DNA of 61,875 nucleotides, the filler included, from Choristocarpus tenellus KU-1152 (lineage: Eukaryota > Protista > Phaeophyceae), in the NCBI GenBank assembly GCA_964200185.2. It is 11 parts of 11 records of this genome, joined end to end, with 100 filler letters (N's around TTAATTAATTAA, not from the genome) between each part and the next. Parts side by side here need not be neighbours in the genome. Positions count along the whole stretch, not along the records: positions 10,514 to 17,231 come from CAXNAD020007489.1; positions 17,332 to 29,794 come from CAXNAD020001829.1; 9 more parts are not named here. The stretch is one strand, 5' to 3'. The notes below the pieces were generated by a model. It ran no database searches, had not been told where the DNA came from, and saw only the letters and a program-made list of their open reading frames with translations. Positions 13,276-27,760 of the stretch are shown piece by piece. Made by a program: the position numbers and the translations under genes. The number at the start of each line of letters is the position of its first letter. Position 1 is the stretch's first letter.

Positions 13276-16200
13276 GTGTGTGTGTAACCTGGTTATCGTC
13301 TCATGTGTGTGTCTGCCCAGGGACACAAACATTTCTTTGTTTCTCAAAACGAAAATTCCTTTTTGTCAGCTCTTGGGTGATCATCATGCCCACCTTTGTT
13401 TCTGTTTTTCCTCTTTTTCTCTTTTTTTGTGATGTCTGGTCATACTGTTGTGTAATAGTATTACATCATCATTGCTTCTGCTATTGCATTCTCTCATTGA
13501 GAACTTCCTCTCACCTGATGCATATGTATGTTTATACATATATATATATATATAAGGCATTCAAATTGCGTATATGGGCACCTGCTATATCCACATAATT
13601 TTGTGGATATAGACGTGTACAGTACTACTGTATGTACTTCTTATTATTTTTGGTTGCTTACATTTTTTTCCACATTTTTTTTTTAGGTATTCCAGGTGCC
13701 TACACAGTTACCCACATGTACAACATTTGGCACATATTACTGCATATAGTAGGGAGTGCAAAAATTGTGTAGTAATAGTATGACCATAAGGCACAACAAT
13801 TGTCTTGGTTATTTTATTAAAACTTTATTTTATTAAAAACAAATGGCCGCAGTTTTAAAAACCGCAGAAGGAAACGACGCTCTTCCCCTCTGTGATCCCT
13901 TGGACTTTCAAATCCTGAAGAAGAGTGTGCTTAAGGCTGCTTTGTGCGTGTACGTGTTATTGATCATCCGTGTGTTTTGTCTCTATAGTGTGTGTGGTGT
14001 GCTTCAGTTGTTGCACCTCTGTGCTTTTGGACACGTTTACTTTTTGTGTCCATGTTACAAAAAAAAGAAAGAAAAAAGAGTAGTTTGTCGGTGATGCGAT
14101 GCAAAACGCTCCCTAGCTCTTCCTGCCGCATTACTCATTCACCCCCTCGTAAAAAAGAAAAAAAAAAGTCTTGGCCGTTTAAATGCGTCCCAGGGACTCA
14201 GGTAAGGGCTCAAAAGTGCTGCCCAACAACTGAAGATGGTCACAAGTGAAGTACAGGGGGAGGTTGACGGGTTCGTATGATGGTATGATGGTATGATGCA
14301 TACCGCTGACGGTATAAGCTAAGCATAACATACCGTGGTTGATGTTTTTTTCCCCGACAGGTGTAACCATACTGCCAGCTAAACCCTAACCCTATATGCT
14401 TTTGTCCCTGGCGTGTCTTGCTTTCCTTGTTCTGTAACACATACACACACAATAATAATAACAACAACCCTAACCCTAACCCTAAATCATCTCATTTTTC
14501 TTTCCGATCCATGCTGTGTTAAAGCCTCCGGTGACGTCAATGCTACTTTTTCTCAAGTTCTACTACTGAACATTAAAAAAAAAAAAAACATCACATTTTT
14601 ATGTCGTTTTTTGTATCCCACATACATACATACATACATACATACGTATGCTTGGGTTCAGTTTAGGCTTGTTAATTGAGGGGTCTGGACTCCAACGATT
14701 TACACATACACCTTGTTCTTTGTGTGTGTGTGTGTGTGTGTGTGTGCTAGTTTCTATGACTAGTTTTGCATTTATCTCAAGGACAGCATAATTTCTGTAG
14801 TAGGAGCAAACTGGATATTGGATGTACTAAAAACAATAGTAGTAATCTGTGCATTGTGTATTGCTGGGAAAAAAAATAAAAAATGAAGTGTCATGCTCTG
14901 ATCCCCTCTCAAAAATCAAAACTGATTCAACTCACAGTGCATGCACTCACAGGAGGGTGGATGCCCCTTTTGTGGGAAGAGTTGACTTTTTGACAGTTAC
15001 CTTGACAGTTACTTTTGTGTGTAGAGGAGAGCCGGCTCAAGTACAAAAGAGGACAGTCTGCCCCTGAATGGATGTGTACTAGAATTTGCAGGTCTTGCAT
15101 GATAATAAAAGAAATGTTTATAAAGGGCCCCATATCCCACTGTTCGGCTTTTTTCCCCTACTCTCTGTTTTTTTATTTTTTTGTACCTTGAAGTGAAGAT
15201 AAAAAACAGTTACGTTTTTTTTTCCATTATTACAAATTGTTATTCCAATATTTCAACGTGTTTGGATAGAGGGTTCAAATGCGTCATTTTACAGGAGTAT
15301 GTGTCTATCCAGGTGTATATGTGTGTATTCATGTGTTTAACTACGAACGCGCTTGTGATGTGTGTGAGAAATGGATGCTTTCATCTATAGACGTGTAATG
15401 AAGAGAGAGGGTGTGATCTACTTCCAGCAGTTAGGGGGTGTAAAGACTTTACCTCAAGGAAATTGGATGATTGATGACATACCAAAGGAATGACAATGGT
15501 ATCAAAAGAGTTTATTTTTTTTAAGATGTATGGGTATATCACCTTCAAAAACAAGATTTTTATTCTTCTTTGATAGTACACAATAATATTCTCCAAGTAT
15601 AATTTAAAAAAAAAAAAAAAAAAAACTTTGGCTAAGCATACTTATTCTCAGTACTGATGTTAGAATCGTTTCTAATTGTGGTAGTGTTGTCAATATCATA
15701 TTGTTGTTATTATACTGATGTTAGAATCGTTTCTTTGAATCGTACTTTGGCGTCCATTCCTTTCTTGAACAAGAGGAAACTATCCTCTCTAGTTTATGTG
15801 TGTGGGAATCCTTCTCTTTGATCCACCCCCTCCAAACACCAACTCTCACACATGTACATACATGTGTGTATTAGGTATGTATGAGTATAATTATTATATA
15901 CAACGCGAGGAGACAAAGCCGTGGGCATTTCTTGTTTTTTTTGTTTTTTATTGCTTGTGAAATAAAAAATAAAAAAATATTTGTAGATGTGTGGTGACTG
16001 TCTTGAATGTTTCTCTACATAGCATCCGCTCGAGGTTGGTTTGGTTTTTGGTTTGTTATCTTCCTATTCTCATAAATAATAAATAATAATAAAATATGTC
16101 GAGAAGTATATACAGAGACTAATAAATAATAAAATATGTTGAGAGAGAGAGAGAGAGCAGCACTTTCTCTTTTTTGGATTGGATTTGTTCAAGTTCCTAC

Positions 16201-16440
16201 CTCGGAGCATTCCACACATGCACATATACAACACAATGCGCAACACAATGTACAACACAACAGGTTAAGCTTTGGCGGCGGTCGTTTGATGTCCGACCTC
16301 CTCCCATTGACAAATCAAGCAAGCTGTGGCCTGGCAACAACCCCAAGTATAACTTTCTGATGAAGGACGGGAAGAGCATGGTTCCCCTCCACGAAAGTCT
16401 CAAGGATGTCATGGGCCGCTCGTCCATGTACTGGGATGAG
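12252..16440 (+). CDS. PGAM: 2,3-bisphosphoglycerate-dependent phosphoglycerate mutase, plastid-targeted; 3' exons missing
   Basis: Exons 12252-12626, 12942-13145, 16264-16440, all phase-0 GT-AG joins; motifs [62 protein letters not shown]; presequence ...MLSA-FAPS. Confidence 0.92.
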
Positions 16441-17331
16441 GTCTGAGCCTAACATGCAAATTCAACCCCTTTCCCTCTCCCATTACGTGGTTTGACTAGT
16501 AGTAATAATAAATATGAATGGTAGTGGTAGTATAGTAGTAGTATAGTAGTAGTAGTGGTAGTATAGTAGTAGTAGAGGTAGTAGTGGTAGTATTATCACA
16601 AACAGTTGAAGGCATATTGACATGTATGCTCCAGTATATGTGTTACTTGTACGTATGTGTCTTTGTGTGTATGCTTAAGGTGAGAGAGATTGCCGCATAT
16701 GTGTGTGTCTGTGTGTTCATGTGTGCGTATTATTATTTTTTTTTATTTGTTGTTCGTATCGCTTGGAACAATTATTATTATTATTATTATTATCTCAGCA
16801 ATAATAAAAACAAAAATAGTTGATAATCCTGTGGTCTGTGGGGGGTAAGAAGGGTAAGTTGATGGTGTTTTTGTTTGCTATGAAAGAGTCTTTTTTTTTG
16901 TCATTGAATGTTGACTTTTTGATTAATGCTTTGGTACTATTGTTACACACCCCGAATATATCTAGATTATTCCACTGTCGATGCAACTGATCGGTCAAAA
17001 ATTCGGAACAATAACTAAAAAAAACAGGGGGGGGGGGCTCTTGGGATTGGAAGGTGGAACAAGGACTTGTGTGTGTGCGTGCGTGTGCTTTTGATGGTGA
17101 TCTCCTAGAGAGGATTCCAAGTCCATTTATTGAAATTATGTTTAATGAAAAAAAAAAAGAGAAATTGTCCCGTGATTGCTGGTTCAATTACTGAGTTTTC
17201 ATATTTTGATTTGTTTTTATGTATTTATTTTNNNNNNNNNNNNNNNNNNNNNNNNNNNNNNNNNNNNNNNNNNNNTTAATTAATTAANNNNNNNNNNNNN
17301 NNNNNNNNNNNNNNNNNNNNNNNNNNNNNNN

Positions 17332-17540
17332 CTCCCCCCCCAGGGACACAGGAATAGGTAGATGGGAAGATAAGGACGACAGTAGTACAATATGATGGTG
17401 AAGTAACTGATTAGTGATTTCCACGCAATGTCTTACAGTATTCTTATGTTTCGGACATTTTATATACACACATATATATAGTTTTCATTGGTTTCCCCCT
17501 GACACATCTGCAAAATGTCAGAGGGCATAATAATAAAATA
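17332..17540 (+). mobile_element. CRE-like element 3' UTR, type 2
   Basis: CAGGAATAGGTAGAT...TTTTCATTGGTTTCCCCCTGACACATCTGCAAAATGTCAGAGGGCATAATAATAAAA, matches 44340-44570 and 50095-50305. Confidence 0.65.
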
Positions 17541-17969
17541 CTTGTAATACTACTATATATAATTAAGATCCATACGATAAGATGTCAGATTTGTCAGTCG
17601 CATGCTCCAACAACTGTTCCATCGATTCGTCCGTGTGTCCGTGTTTTTTGTTTTTATTCGCAGAATCTCGATCAAATTTTTTTGGAAGTGGAAACGACTG
17701 GGAAAAAGGTCATCTATGCTCACATAGAGCACCATTATTTTTACAGCTGAACCACCCCTTCCTGAGCTCCGCTGATCTGGTATTGTGGTTATACTAAACG
17801 AGGTCGGGAAAGTGCTGGGCTTCGAGACTCGGTTCAAGAGTTATTAAGGTTACCTTTGGAAAAGAATCTGTGCAATCGATTAAGGATGTTTCTTTGAGGC
17901 AGCGCCGAACGACAGGAAGGTGGCAAGGACGGGAGGAGCCTGGTTACCGGAGCTCACCCCTGGCCCGGG

Positions 17970-20900
17970 ATGGCGACAAATGGGAATGTCTTAAAGCCTG
18001 TTTCTGGGACGGGCTTTCCCTTTGTCCTATTCGACATTCTCAAGGTATGCGTTTTCCCTTCTCCCATTGAACGTCTTTCCCCATCAAGTATCATGCCCTA
18101 GTCTCAAAATGTGGTGTTGAAGATAGGGTGGTCATCTAGGTGCTGGTGGCATGTCGTTCTGTTGTGAATTCTTTGTCTGTGTTGTTTGCAGTATTTGTGA
18201 CTTGCTGGGGCGCTTGGATTGCATCCGAGTTAGAAGTGGACAGGTACGTAAATTCAATCCCATCTTTTTGTCTAGTGACAGAGGACACCAAACTTGCATC
18301 TAACATAGTGCTTTCAATACAAGGGATATCTGACTCAGATCTCAGACATGTGTTTTCCCAAACGTACGCATTATTGGTGCACAGTCTGCCCAAGCGGCAG
18401 CCAGCTCCCATCTTGTTTACTTACAAAATGTTTACCAACCTTTATACCGACGATCGAATAAACAAAGAGTGTAAAGTTGAATCGCCAGGAATAAGGGCAT
18501 CTAGGCCCAAGTAAGAATATGGTGTGCTGGAAAAAGAAACTGGGATGTGCGATGAGAGTAACTGAAATGGTGGTCGCAGTGACAGTTTCTCTCTCATTCA
18601 GCACGTTTGCGATATCTCACTTGCAAAACATTTGTCTATGATCGTAAGGTGTGCTGATAAAATCTTTTCCCTGTGTGGTGTGTTTTTAGGACAGAAAAAT
18701 TGGCTGATGCCATACACACACTTACGTTATCGACTGGACTACCCCCACTTGTCCAACTCTCAAATGGTAAACCCTTGGCCACCTTTCTCGCATCCAAAGT
18801 CTGAGTGGTGTCCTCCACACATCCTAATCTGGAGTTGACGTTATTTACCCGGTCCTGGTATCTCAACCGTCCTAATATAGTAGTGTGGTATGTTTTTGTA
18901 TCGAAAGTGGAGAAAAATAGATAACAAGTTGATTTTTGCTAGGGGATGACACAATCCTATGTCAAGCACCAATGCTTCATATTACCCTGTGCCGTACGAA
19001 ACGAAATGTGCTTATGATCGTCCACTCTTTGGAGTGTGGCTGTCACACTGCTTTGCTCTTGTATCACTTTGGCTATTCCAATGGAAAGCCTTCACTCTAT
19101 TTCAACACACCTGTACTGTGGTCAAAATTTTCCACAACACATGAGATGTCGAATATTGATGGGTTAGGGGACTGCATGCAATATTTCTGTGGTAGACAGA
19201 CGGTGAGCGCAATAGTTTATTTAGGAAGAGATGCGTACACTTTGTAGCAGACTATTTTTCATCTGTACAAATGTGAGCAGCTCTTACGAAATGAACCGTC
19301 ATTCTTCGGAAAAGGGATACCTATATTTAACCCGGGTGATTGGACCAACTTCCTTTCTAGTGCCACACAAAAGACTACAGGTTGGTTGCACTGTCAGATT
19401 TAAAATGAGAAGGTTTGTGTGTATGTTTGTTTGTTGTAGTTGGACCAGGCCTAGAAGCTTATTTAGGATTCCATTTGCTGTGAAGGGGTTTCATATTCCG
19501 TGTGTAAATGTGTAAAAACAGATATTGCAACCACTCGGCAAAACTTGTTGTGGTTGGGCATTGGACTGGAAGTGTGGGTTCTCTTAAAATAGAAGTGTGT
19601 TAATGTTCCTAGTAGTATTGTGCAATTGAAATTGTATTCGTGTGTTGGGCAATAAATGGTTGGGTAAAATCTGTGTGTAGTGTCTACTAAGTTGCCTACC
19701 AAAGGGAGTGAGGGGGCTGGCAATCATCAGAAACACTTGATTAAATGGAGACATATTGGTTTTTGGCAGTAATGGTCAAGAGGTAAATATGAGTATGTGT
19801 GATGAAGATGATGAGGAGTTTGGGTGAAAACCCTCTAGTTGCCAAGCTTTGCCTGGGAAAGGAAAGGCAGATCACTAGAGATTTTCTTGAAATATAATTC
19901 TTCTTGTTTAATGGTTAAAGCAAACAGCTTATCTCATTGGTTAGAAATTGCCATATCTAGGTAATTTTGTATGAGGGATCACAGATTTTGGGTGAGAGTG
20001 GAGTGTAGAGTTTTGGGCTTATTAAGATCTGCTGTATTGGATGTTGTCTTTGGGATACCCTGCAAGGTATGTTGATCCTGGGATGGACAGCTAAAGGTGG
20101 AAGGTATCAATCCCTCCTCCACTCGATATTTTGTGTTTCATTAGTTCTCATGTCCTTGCTAGTTGCACCATGTCTCCCTAGTAGACGTTGAGATTGGAAA
20201 TTGATCCTTAAGCACGGGGGTGAGGAAATGGAGGGGTCGATTGTAATTTCAGTTACAGAATCGAATTCGATGGGTCTACTTTTGAGGCGTTTCAAGCCTT
20301 TGTTTATTTTGGTTCAGAGATATCGACCCTCAACCTTCATGTACTGTATTGTGAGCAAGAAGGTATGATGTCAAATGCAGCACCCTCTCATGGAATGGTG
20401 GGTTGCACTCTAGTGTTGCAGGTGTTTTGCATCATCACCTCGCTTGTCTCTTTAGGTGTATGTCATTCGATATGTTAACCGTGCGTCATCTTTGATTGTC
20501 CCTCTCCAATGCCTAGTTTAGACCTCTGTTCTAAACTTATTACATTTCTGTCGATTTTTAGGAGGCGTTTTTCTGGTGAGGGGCTGCTACTGAAGGAAGG
20601 GTGGATTCGTATTTTTTTTTCCGCTTTGGTTCTGTTTTTACTGCAGACCTTTTTGAGTTAAGCACACATAAACATAACATACTTATCCAGTCCCTCGCCT
20701 TTGGTATTCAGCGGCATTCTGGAGGTCCTCATTTTAACATTAAACTCTTTGGTTGATACGTGATATTTGTTGGGACTTTGACTCTTGAATGAAGGGATAA
20801 ATATCTGGGGTATCTGGAGGTCAACCTCACCTTGGAGGCTCTGTATATCATATGCATTTGATGTTTTTTTACTCTTGTTGGATGTTGGTTGTGTGGTGGT

Positions 20901-23900
20901 GTGTATGGATGATAGTGTGTGTGCACTATCTTGTTTCATGCTGAAATTCCCGTGTAGTTGACGGCTTGGGACGTCTGGCCTTGTTTTGTTTAGACTGCAG
21001 GAAATTTTCAAGAAATATGATGGGTATTGGTTCCAAAAAAAGTAGAGATGTTGGTTGCGATAGATGTTGATGATTTTATCGACAGCTTTTGAGGAGTTGA
21101 TATCGTCGGTGTTGTGAATCTAACACCTTAAGGTTTGGCGAGAATAGATAAGTCATGATGATATTAATAATAGTTCCGTTGATGTACTCAATTAGATTTG
21201 AAATGAATGTGTGCACTGCATGATTAGAGGTGCATAAAGCGCCAACTATTGTGGGACTCCCAAGGCAGGGTGGGCAGTGTGAATAGGGTGTGAGAAAGCA
21301 GTCAAATGTAGCATTGTTGCTCCGTTGTTGATGTGGACTATGTTTGATTTGTTGAATGGTCATGATTCTGAGCCCTGGAGATTATGCTGCTGAAATAGTA
21401 TTGGTGATAAGACACATGCTGTGCTGCTTGAGTTTCACGACTTGGTTGGGAGAGGAAGAAGTTCTAGTGCACTAAAGGGCTGCTTGATGGAGCGACAGAG
21501 TCCATGCATGCCTGCACATTTGCTGTATTATTCTCAGGTTATTACATTGATTTATTTGTATTATTATTTTTTTGCAGATAGGTGTGATAATCCATGAAAT
21601 GAGAAGATAAGTTGTGTATGAGGGGGTGAGCTTAATTAAATGGGAGGGGAGCTTATTCAATAGGGTTCTCAGAAAGGAAGTTGGGGTCAAGGGCTGTCAA
21701 AATGATCTCCAGTCTCAAGGGTTCAGTGATTACTATTGGGAAACTGTTTTGCCGTGGGGCCAGTTGCAGCAGTTACAGGTCTATATGAGAGATAAGTAAG
21801 GAATGAAACCTGGAACATTTTTTGCCTCTTCTGAGTTGTTAAACATTTGTCTTGCATCACATCATAGTTTTCTCACCTCTCTGTAGGGGCTCCCCTGGTC
21901 TTAATCGTTCAGTCCGTGGTGGAGTGCAGTGTGTATAGTAGAGTGATACCATCTAACGTGGGGGGGGGTGTCATTGAGTTTCAAGGAACACTATGACTCC
22001 CTTATGGTATGCATGTTTTGAACATTGTGGGGGGGCACTTTCAGCTGACGATGTGTTAACACTATTTTTTTTATATGGTCATATGGTCTTAAGGGGGGAT
22101 AACTGCACTTTAGACTGGGGCAGTTGATGATATTTACTTTCAGTGCACACTGTAAATTTGAAAGGGTATGGAGGATATCTTTCTTGATGTGCTTGGAATG
22201 GAAAGATCTGATAAATCTCCTTTCCGATTTTCGATGATTATTTTAAATGTAAGCGACAGTTTATTGAAGTCAAAGAATTAGGGTTAGGGTTATCGAATGC
22301 AACCGAAGTCCAAGGTTTATAACTCTGCTAACAGCAGTTACTGAAGGTTGAGATGTATCTTGTCTGATGTAGTTTTTGGGACAATCATTGACATGTGTTT
22401 GGTGCAATAATAATAATAATATTAATATTAATATTACTATTTTTTTTGTATTAGTATTGATGCTGAATGTGGTACTCTAATGAAGAAACAGTTGACCGAC
22501 TGTGGTTGTCTGTTGTGGGTAGTGTGTCTGTATGCCCAAATGATAGTAATAGTTGCTGCACTTCAATAGTCTTCCCGGTTTTCAATGTACCATTGGTTCC
22601 TGTACCAAGAGTCAAACGTCATCATGTAAGACACACAAGTGCACCGCCCACAACAGATGACAGTGGTTGTTTAATTGCTTTTCCAGTATTCCATCCCTCA
22701 CTAATTGCAACAATTATAACGATATTCAAATACTGCCTACCCATAGTATACAACAATAAAATTAATACGTAGTTATAGTATTAGCAACAATAAGTGATAG
22801 CAATACCGCTGGTACGTTTAGAGGTCTAGATACATGTTTACATAGGGCAGACAAGATACATGTTTGGCTACTTTCAAGTAGTTTTGATGAGGTCTAGGGC
22901 TGGGGAAAAGAGTTTGGTCTTGATATGAATAGAAAGTATATTGTTGTGGTCCTTTTTTTGATTTGGCAGAGAGCGGCTGGTTTGTGTATGACTGAATTTG
23001 TTGGCACCATAACATTTGAGGTACAATCCAGCAGGTGGAGTTATGTACATACATATATTTATGTTATATGTTATATGGTATATGGTATATGTTATATGGT
23101 ATATGTTACATGTTATATGGTACATGGTATATGTTATATGTTACATGTTATATGTTATATGGTACATGGTATATGTTACATGTTATATGGTATATGTTAT
23201 ATGTTATATGTTATACCTGGTAGTTGGTGGTGACTCGGCACTCACCCTGAGATGGGCTAAATGACATTCATTATTTAATGAAGGAGGAGAGAGAGAGAGA
23301 TGACCTAGATGACATTCCTTATTAATGAATAAGGAGAGAGGTGATTGTGTGTTTATATGATGGGTGAGGTTGAATAGTGTTGTGTGTTGTCAATTTGCTG
23401 GGCTTATGATGTACGATTTATGACTTACGATTTATGATTTATGATTTATGATTAATGATGTACAATTTATGATTTACGATGTAAGATTTATGATTATTGA
23501 TGTACGATTTATGATTTATGATTAATGACTTACGATTTATGATTTATGATTAATGATGTACAATTTATGATTTATGATTTATGATTAATGATGTACGATT
23601 TATGACTTACGATTTAAGATTAATGATGTACAATTTATGACTTACGATTTATGATTAATGATGCACAATTTATGACTTACGATTTATGATTAATGATGTA
23701 CAATTTATGACTTACGATTTATGATTAATGATGTACAATTTATGATTTATGATTAATGATGTACAATTTATGATTTATGATTAATGATGTACAATTTATG
23801 ATTTACGATGTATGATTTACAGTAGAAAACTTAAAAGTTTTCCCTGACTGGTAAAGGTTGAACTCGTTTGGAGTGGCTACATGTTCTTGGTGAATTGTGT

Positions 23901-26900
23901 GAATCTGTTTATACTTTATGTTTCTTATAGAAGTGGGTAAATGTGAAATACAGGTGGGTGTTTTTCATCTTTGGTTCATCATCTCATTGCAACACCATGC
24001 AGTGTCTGCCCATCATGTCTCAATGAGTCATGTCTTTATGATAAATAAAATAGCTGTGCTAGAAACGATATGATAAATAGCTCCACAGTTTCTTTTTGAA
24101 GTTAAATTTATCAAATAGTGTACAGTTAACGCTTACCACATACTTGGCACTCACTAGTGGAAAGGAAATTGTCAAAAAGGAATAATGTGTTTGTTAGTGT
24201 GATGTATGCACTGTTGTAACTACCTACTAGCCAGTGTACATGATCTCCTTTAGTGTCAGGTGTCACCTTCTTTAACACTATTCTCATTATCAAAGGATTG
24301 CAAGGTCGGTCCATTCTGATTGGCTACCTAGATGCATGTGAATTTCAATTGGTTTTATGAGGGTGGCAAGTGATGGCCAAGTGCCGAGTTGGGCATTTTA
24401 ATTTTAGGGAAGAGGTTGTACCTTTTGAAGTGGATATTTTTCGAGTATTTGAAGAGGTTAACTTGATGACTTGGATGGTTGCCTGGGTTCAATTTTAAGC
24501 TTAAGTATTGTGGCTTTCATTGCACCTTCGAAAATATGCAATTTATATGTGCATGTATAGAAATGGTGGTGGTGTTGATTTTGACTTTGATTTGACCTTT
24601 GTGCAATCGTGTGTTGATTTTGTCTGTGGGAGATGATTGATGATGGATTTCCAATTGTTGAGGTGCATTTGAGTGAGTGAAGGACTGGCAAGGGGGAAGG
24701 CATTGTTTGCTTTGTGTACACAAAATTTCATGTCATACCCTATTTTTATTGTTTTTGTTATTGTTGATCCTATTGATACTAGCCCAGAATGAAGACGCCA
24801 TTGGTCAGGGGTGTGGTCACCAGGTTTGTGAACTGAGCAAGAAACTGTTGCCCATGGAGCGTTGGTTGTACTTTCTGAGGGGTTGAACAGGGAAATAGTA
24901 ACAATGAAGTATTTGTTGATAAAGGTCTCTTTTTGTATGGGTTGTTTAGTATTTTTTGTGTGCTGTTGTTTGTAGGATGAATCACTCACTGTTGTAGTGG
25001 TCCCGCCTTGCCTGCTTTTCACCACCCCCTCATTCCATTTGCCATTCCATTTGCCACTATTTGAAACTCGATACAGAGGGAACCCTCCCATATTGTGACA
25101 TGGACCAGCACAGGAACGGCATTTGGCATCCGAGACATGACTGTTTTTCGCCAAGATGTTTTAACCCGCTACTTCAAACGTGAGCAACAAACATACAATG
25201 TACAACACAAACACAACATACACACACACAACATACACACACACAACATACACATACACACATGCGAGCGCACGTGCGCGTGCACAAGTTATTGCTTTCT
25301 GTATATTGATTGACTTGTGTGTATTGCCCAGTCTCTAACCCTCTTGTGACCCCTCTGCTTTGAATCTCAAATCACTCAAATCACTCAAATCACGCAAATC
25401 ACACAACCCTCCCATCCTCTCGTTAAGATTGGTGATTTGAGTGATTTGAGTGATTTAGTAGTGTGTGATTGTGACCACAGTATTTTTTGAAGGTAGGTCT
25501 TTTATGACATACTGTGTTGGTGTTAGACAGGATGTGACATGTCCATAGCAAATAAAATGAATGATTGTAGTAGTAATGGTATCGAGGGTGTTACATTTAG
25601 GGTTAGGGTTGACTAGATGACGTGGATGGATGCAAGCGTTTTCTTGGTCTCACCTGGTTTCGTTCTCTCTGCAAGGCCGTTTGTGTAACAGAGGCTGTTA
25701 ATACAGTATCCGTGATGTTGATATTGTCTGTATCCTTTATCCACCAGGGTTGAATGATTTTACTTTACATGCTGTTGCATTTCTAGTCTACTGCATTATC
25801 TTCTCCTGTACAAACTTACTTCAGTTATTGAATTAACTGCCTGAAGTACTCACTGAGGGGACGCTGTATGTCATAGTTTTTTTGTTGTTTATTTTGATGT
25901 GTTTTGATGTGTTTGAAATAAAAGTGGATATGAATTGCAAGGGGTGTGTGGGGGCGTATGTGACTTTGGTTGGTTTGGGTTTGCCCTTGTACTTACTCAA
26001 TTGATTTGAGGTTTGAGATTCACTATTTTGTAACCCTTGTTTACTGCTGTGACTGCTACTGTGACTGCTATTGTGACTGCTACTGTGACTGCTATTGTGA
26101 CTGCTACTGTGACTGCTACTGTGACTGCTATTGTGACTGCTACTGTGACTGCTATTGTGACTGCTATTGTGACTGCTATTGTGAATGCTATTGTGACTGC
26201 TATTGTGAATGCTATTGTGACTGCTACTGTGACTGCTATTGTGACTGCTACTGTGACTGCTATTGTGACTGCTATTGTGACTGCTTATGGTGGTTGGTTT
26301 CCTTTGCAGACAATAAATTCAGCAGTTTTCAGAGACAACTCAATCTTTATGGATTCCGCAAGGTGGTGAAGGGTAGGGAATCGGGGTGTTACATGCACCC
26401 ATCCTTTTTACGTGAGCGTCCAGACAGACTTGGAGAGGTGAGAAGGAAAGTGGTGAACAAGAGAAGGGTTAGGGTTCAGACCAGGTGGTGCGACAATTAA
26501 CAAGGTGGTGCAGAGGTTGTATGTTGGAGGTTGTGATTGCTAATTGGCGCGACAGGTGGTGGGAGTTGTATGCTGTTGGGCGTTAGTCCTACCATTTGGG
26601 AGAAGTGGAAAGGTGGTGGTGGGTTGAATGTCTAAACACAGACATGGGTCTGTTGTGAGAGGACTCTGTAAGTGTATTTTGGTTTGTTTTGTATTGCCTG
26701 TTGGTTGGGTGCAAATGGGAAGGGATATAGTATTAGTGTAGTGTAGTGTAGTGTAGTGCATAGTGATAGCGTACGATAGTATTCTGCAAAAGGCTAAGTT
26801 TTGGGTAAACCGCCACCATAGAATTTTATTTCTATGGTGTCCTGTATATGGATCACCTTGGTGGGGGAGGATGCGGATGACAGTAGATAGGAGCTGTTTT

Positions 26901-27726
26901 TGTGTGCTAGTGTGTTGTGGACAGAAAGTTTTGCTAGTGGTAATGGCTGCTAACTGCCCTCCCCCCCACATCTTTCTACTAATACAAGCGCTGTTTGTAT
27001 ACACCGCCCTACTTTTTCCTCATGCCATTGTTTCATGCGTGTCTTGGATTTCCAGGTGAAACGTGGGGTGGTTCCCCCCTGCCCCCCTCACTATAGCAGA
27101 AAGATATATGGAAGTGGGCCTCGATTTACGCACGGGGACGATGGGAGTGGGTCAGAGCCAGAGCTCACGCCTTCCCCCCGAGGGGTAGACCCAGAGGTTA
27201 GTGTGTGGATAACCTCGGTTGGTTATTGTTTTTTTCTGTTTGAAGTGTGCAAAACCTGTGTGTGTGCTTGGTACCTGGAGACAAGGCTGTATGTATTTTG
27301 TTCCTTGCTTTGGTGTGCACTATGTATAGGATACATGTCGTCAGCACATTATTAGCGGAGACTGACTGCCTATTATTAGCAGTGCTGCTATCACTGGTAC
27401 TAGTAGTAAAATAGTACGGTCAGAGCCGCACTAGTTGTACATGTGTTGTTACATGTGATGGCACTGACACTGTTATTATTCTCATTGCTGATGACAGGGG
27501 TTGCAACAGTGATGGATAGATTGAGGAGTGTGAAAGCAGTGGCTTCTGAAATGGATGTAGTAGTTCTTAGGTCGACTTTTGGTTGGAACGTAAGGGGGGT
27601 TTGCGGGGGTCACTGCGGTGCTATGTCATTTCTACAAAGTTTTTTCTATGAATAGAGTGCTTTTCATCAGAGGAATATTGACTTCAGGGACCTGTTCAAG
27701 TAAAAGAAAAGAATATTGTGCATACC

Positions 27727-27760
<34 letters not shown>

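Noticed and set aside
22874-23264. Y/M/C-rich ORFs
   Set aside because: Products of the 7-bp minisatellite
23404-23820. 35-bp repeats as a CRISPR array
   Set aside because: Contiguous tandem units without spacers, no cas genes, eukaryotic context
25970-26309. Metallothionein-like CDCY-repeat ORF
   Set aside because: Translation of an intronic 12-bp minisatellite; only the part from 26310 is a real exon
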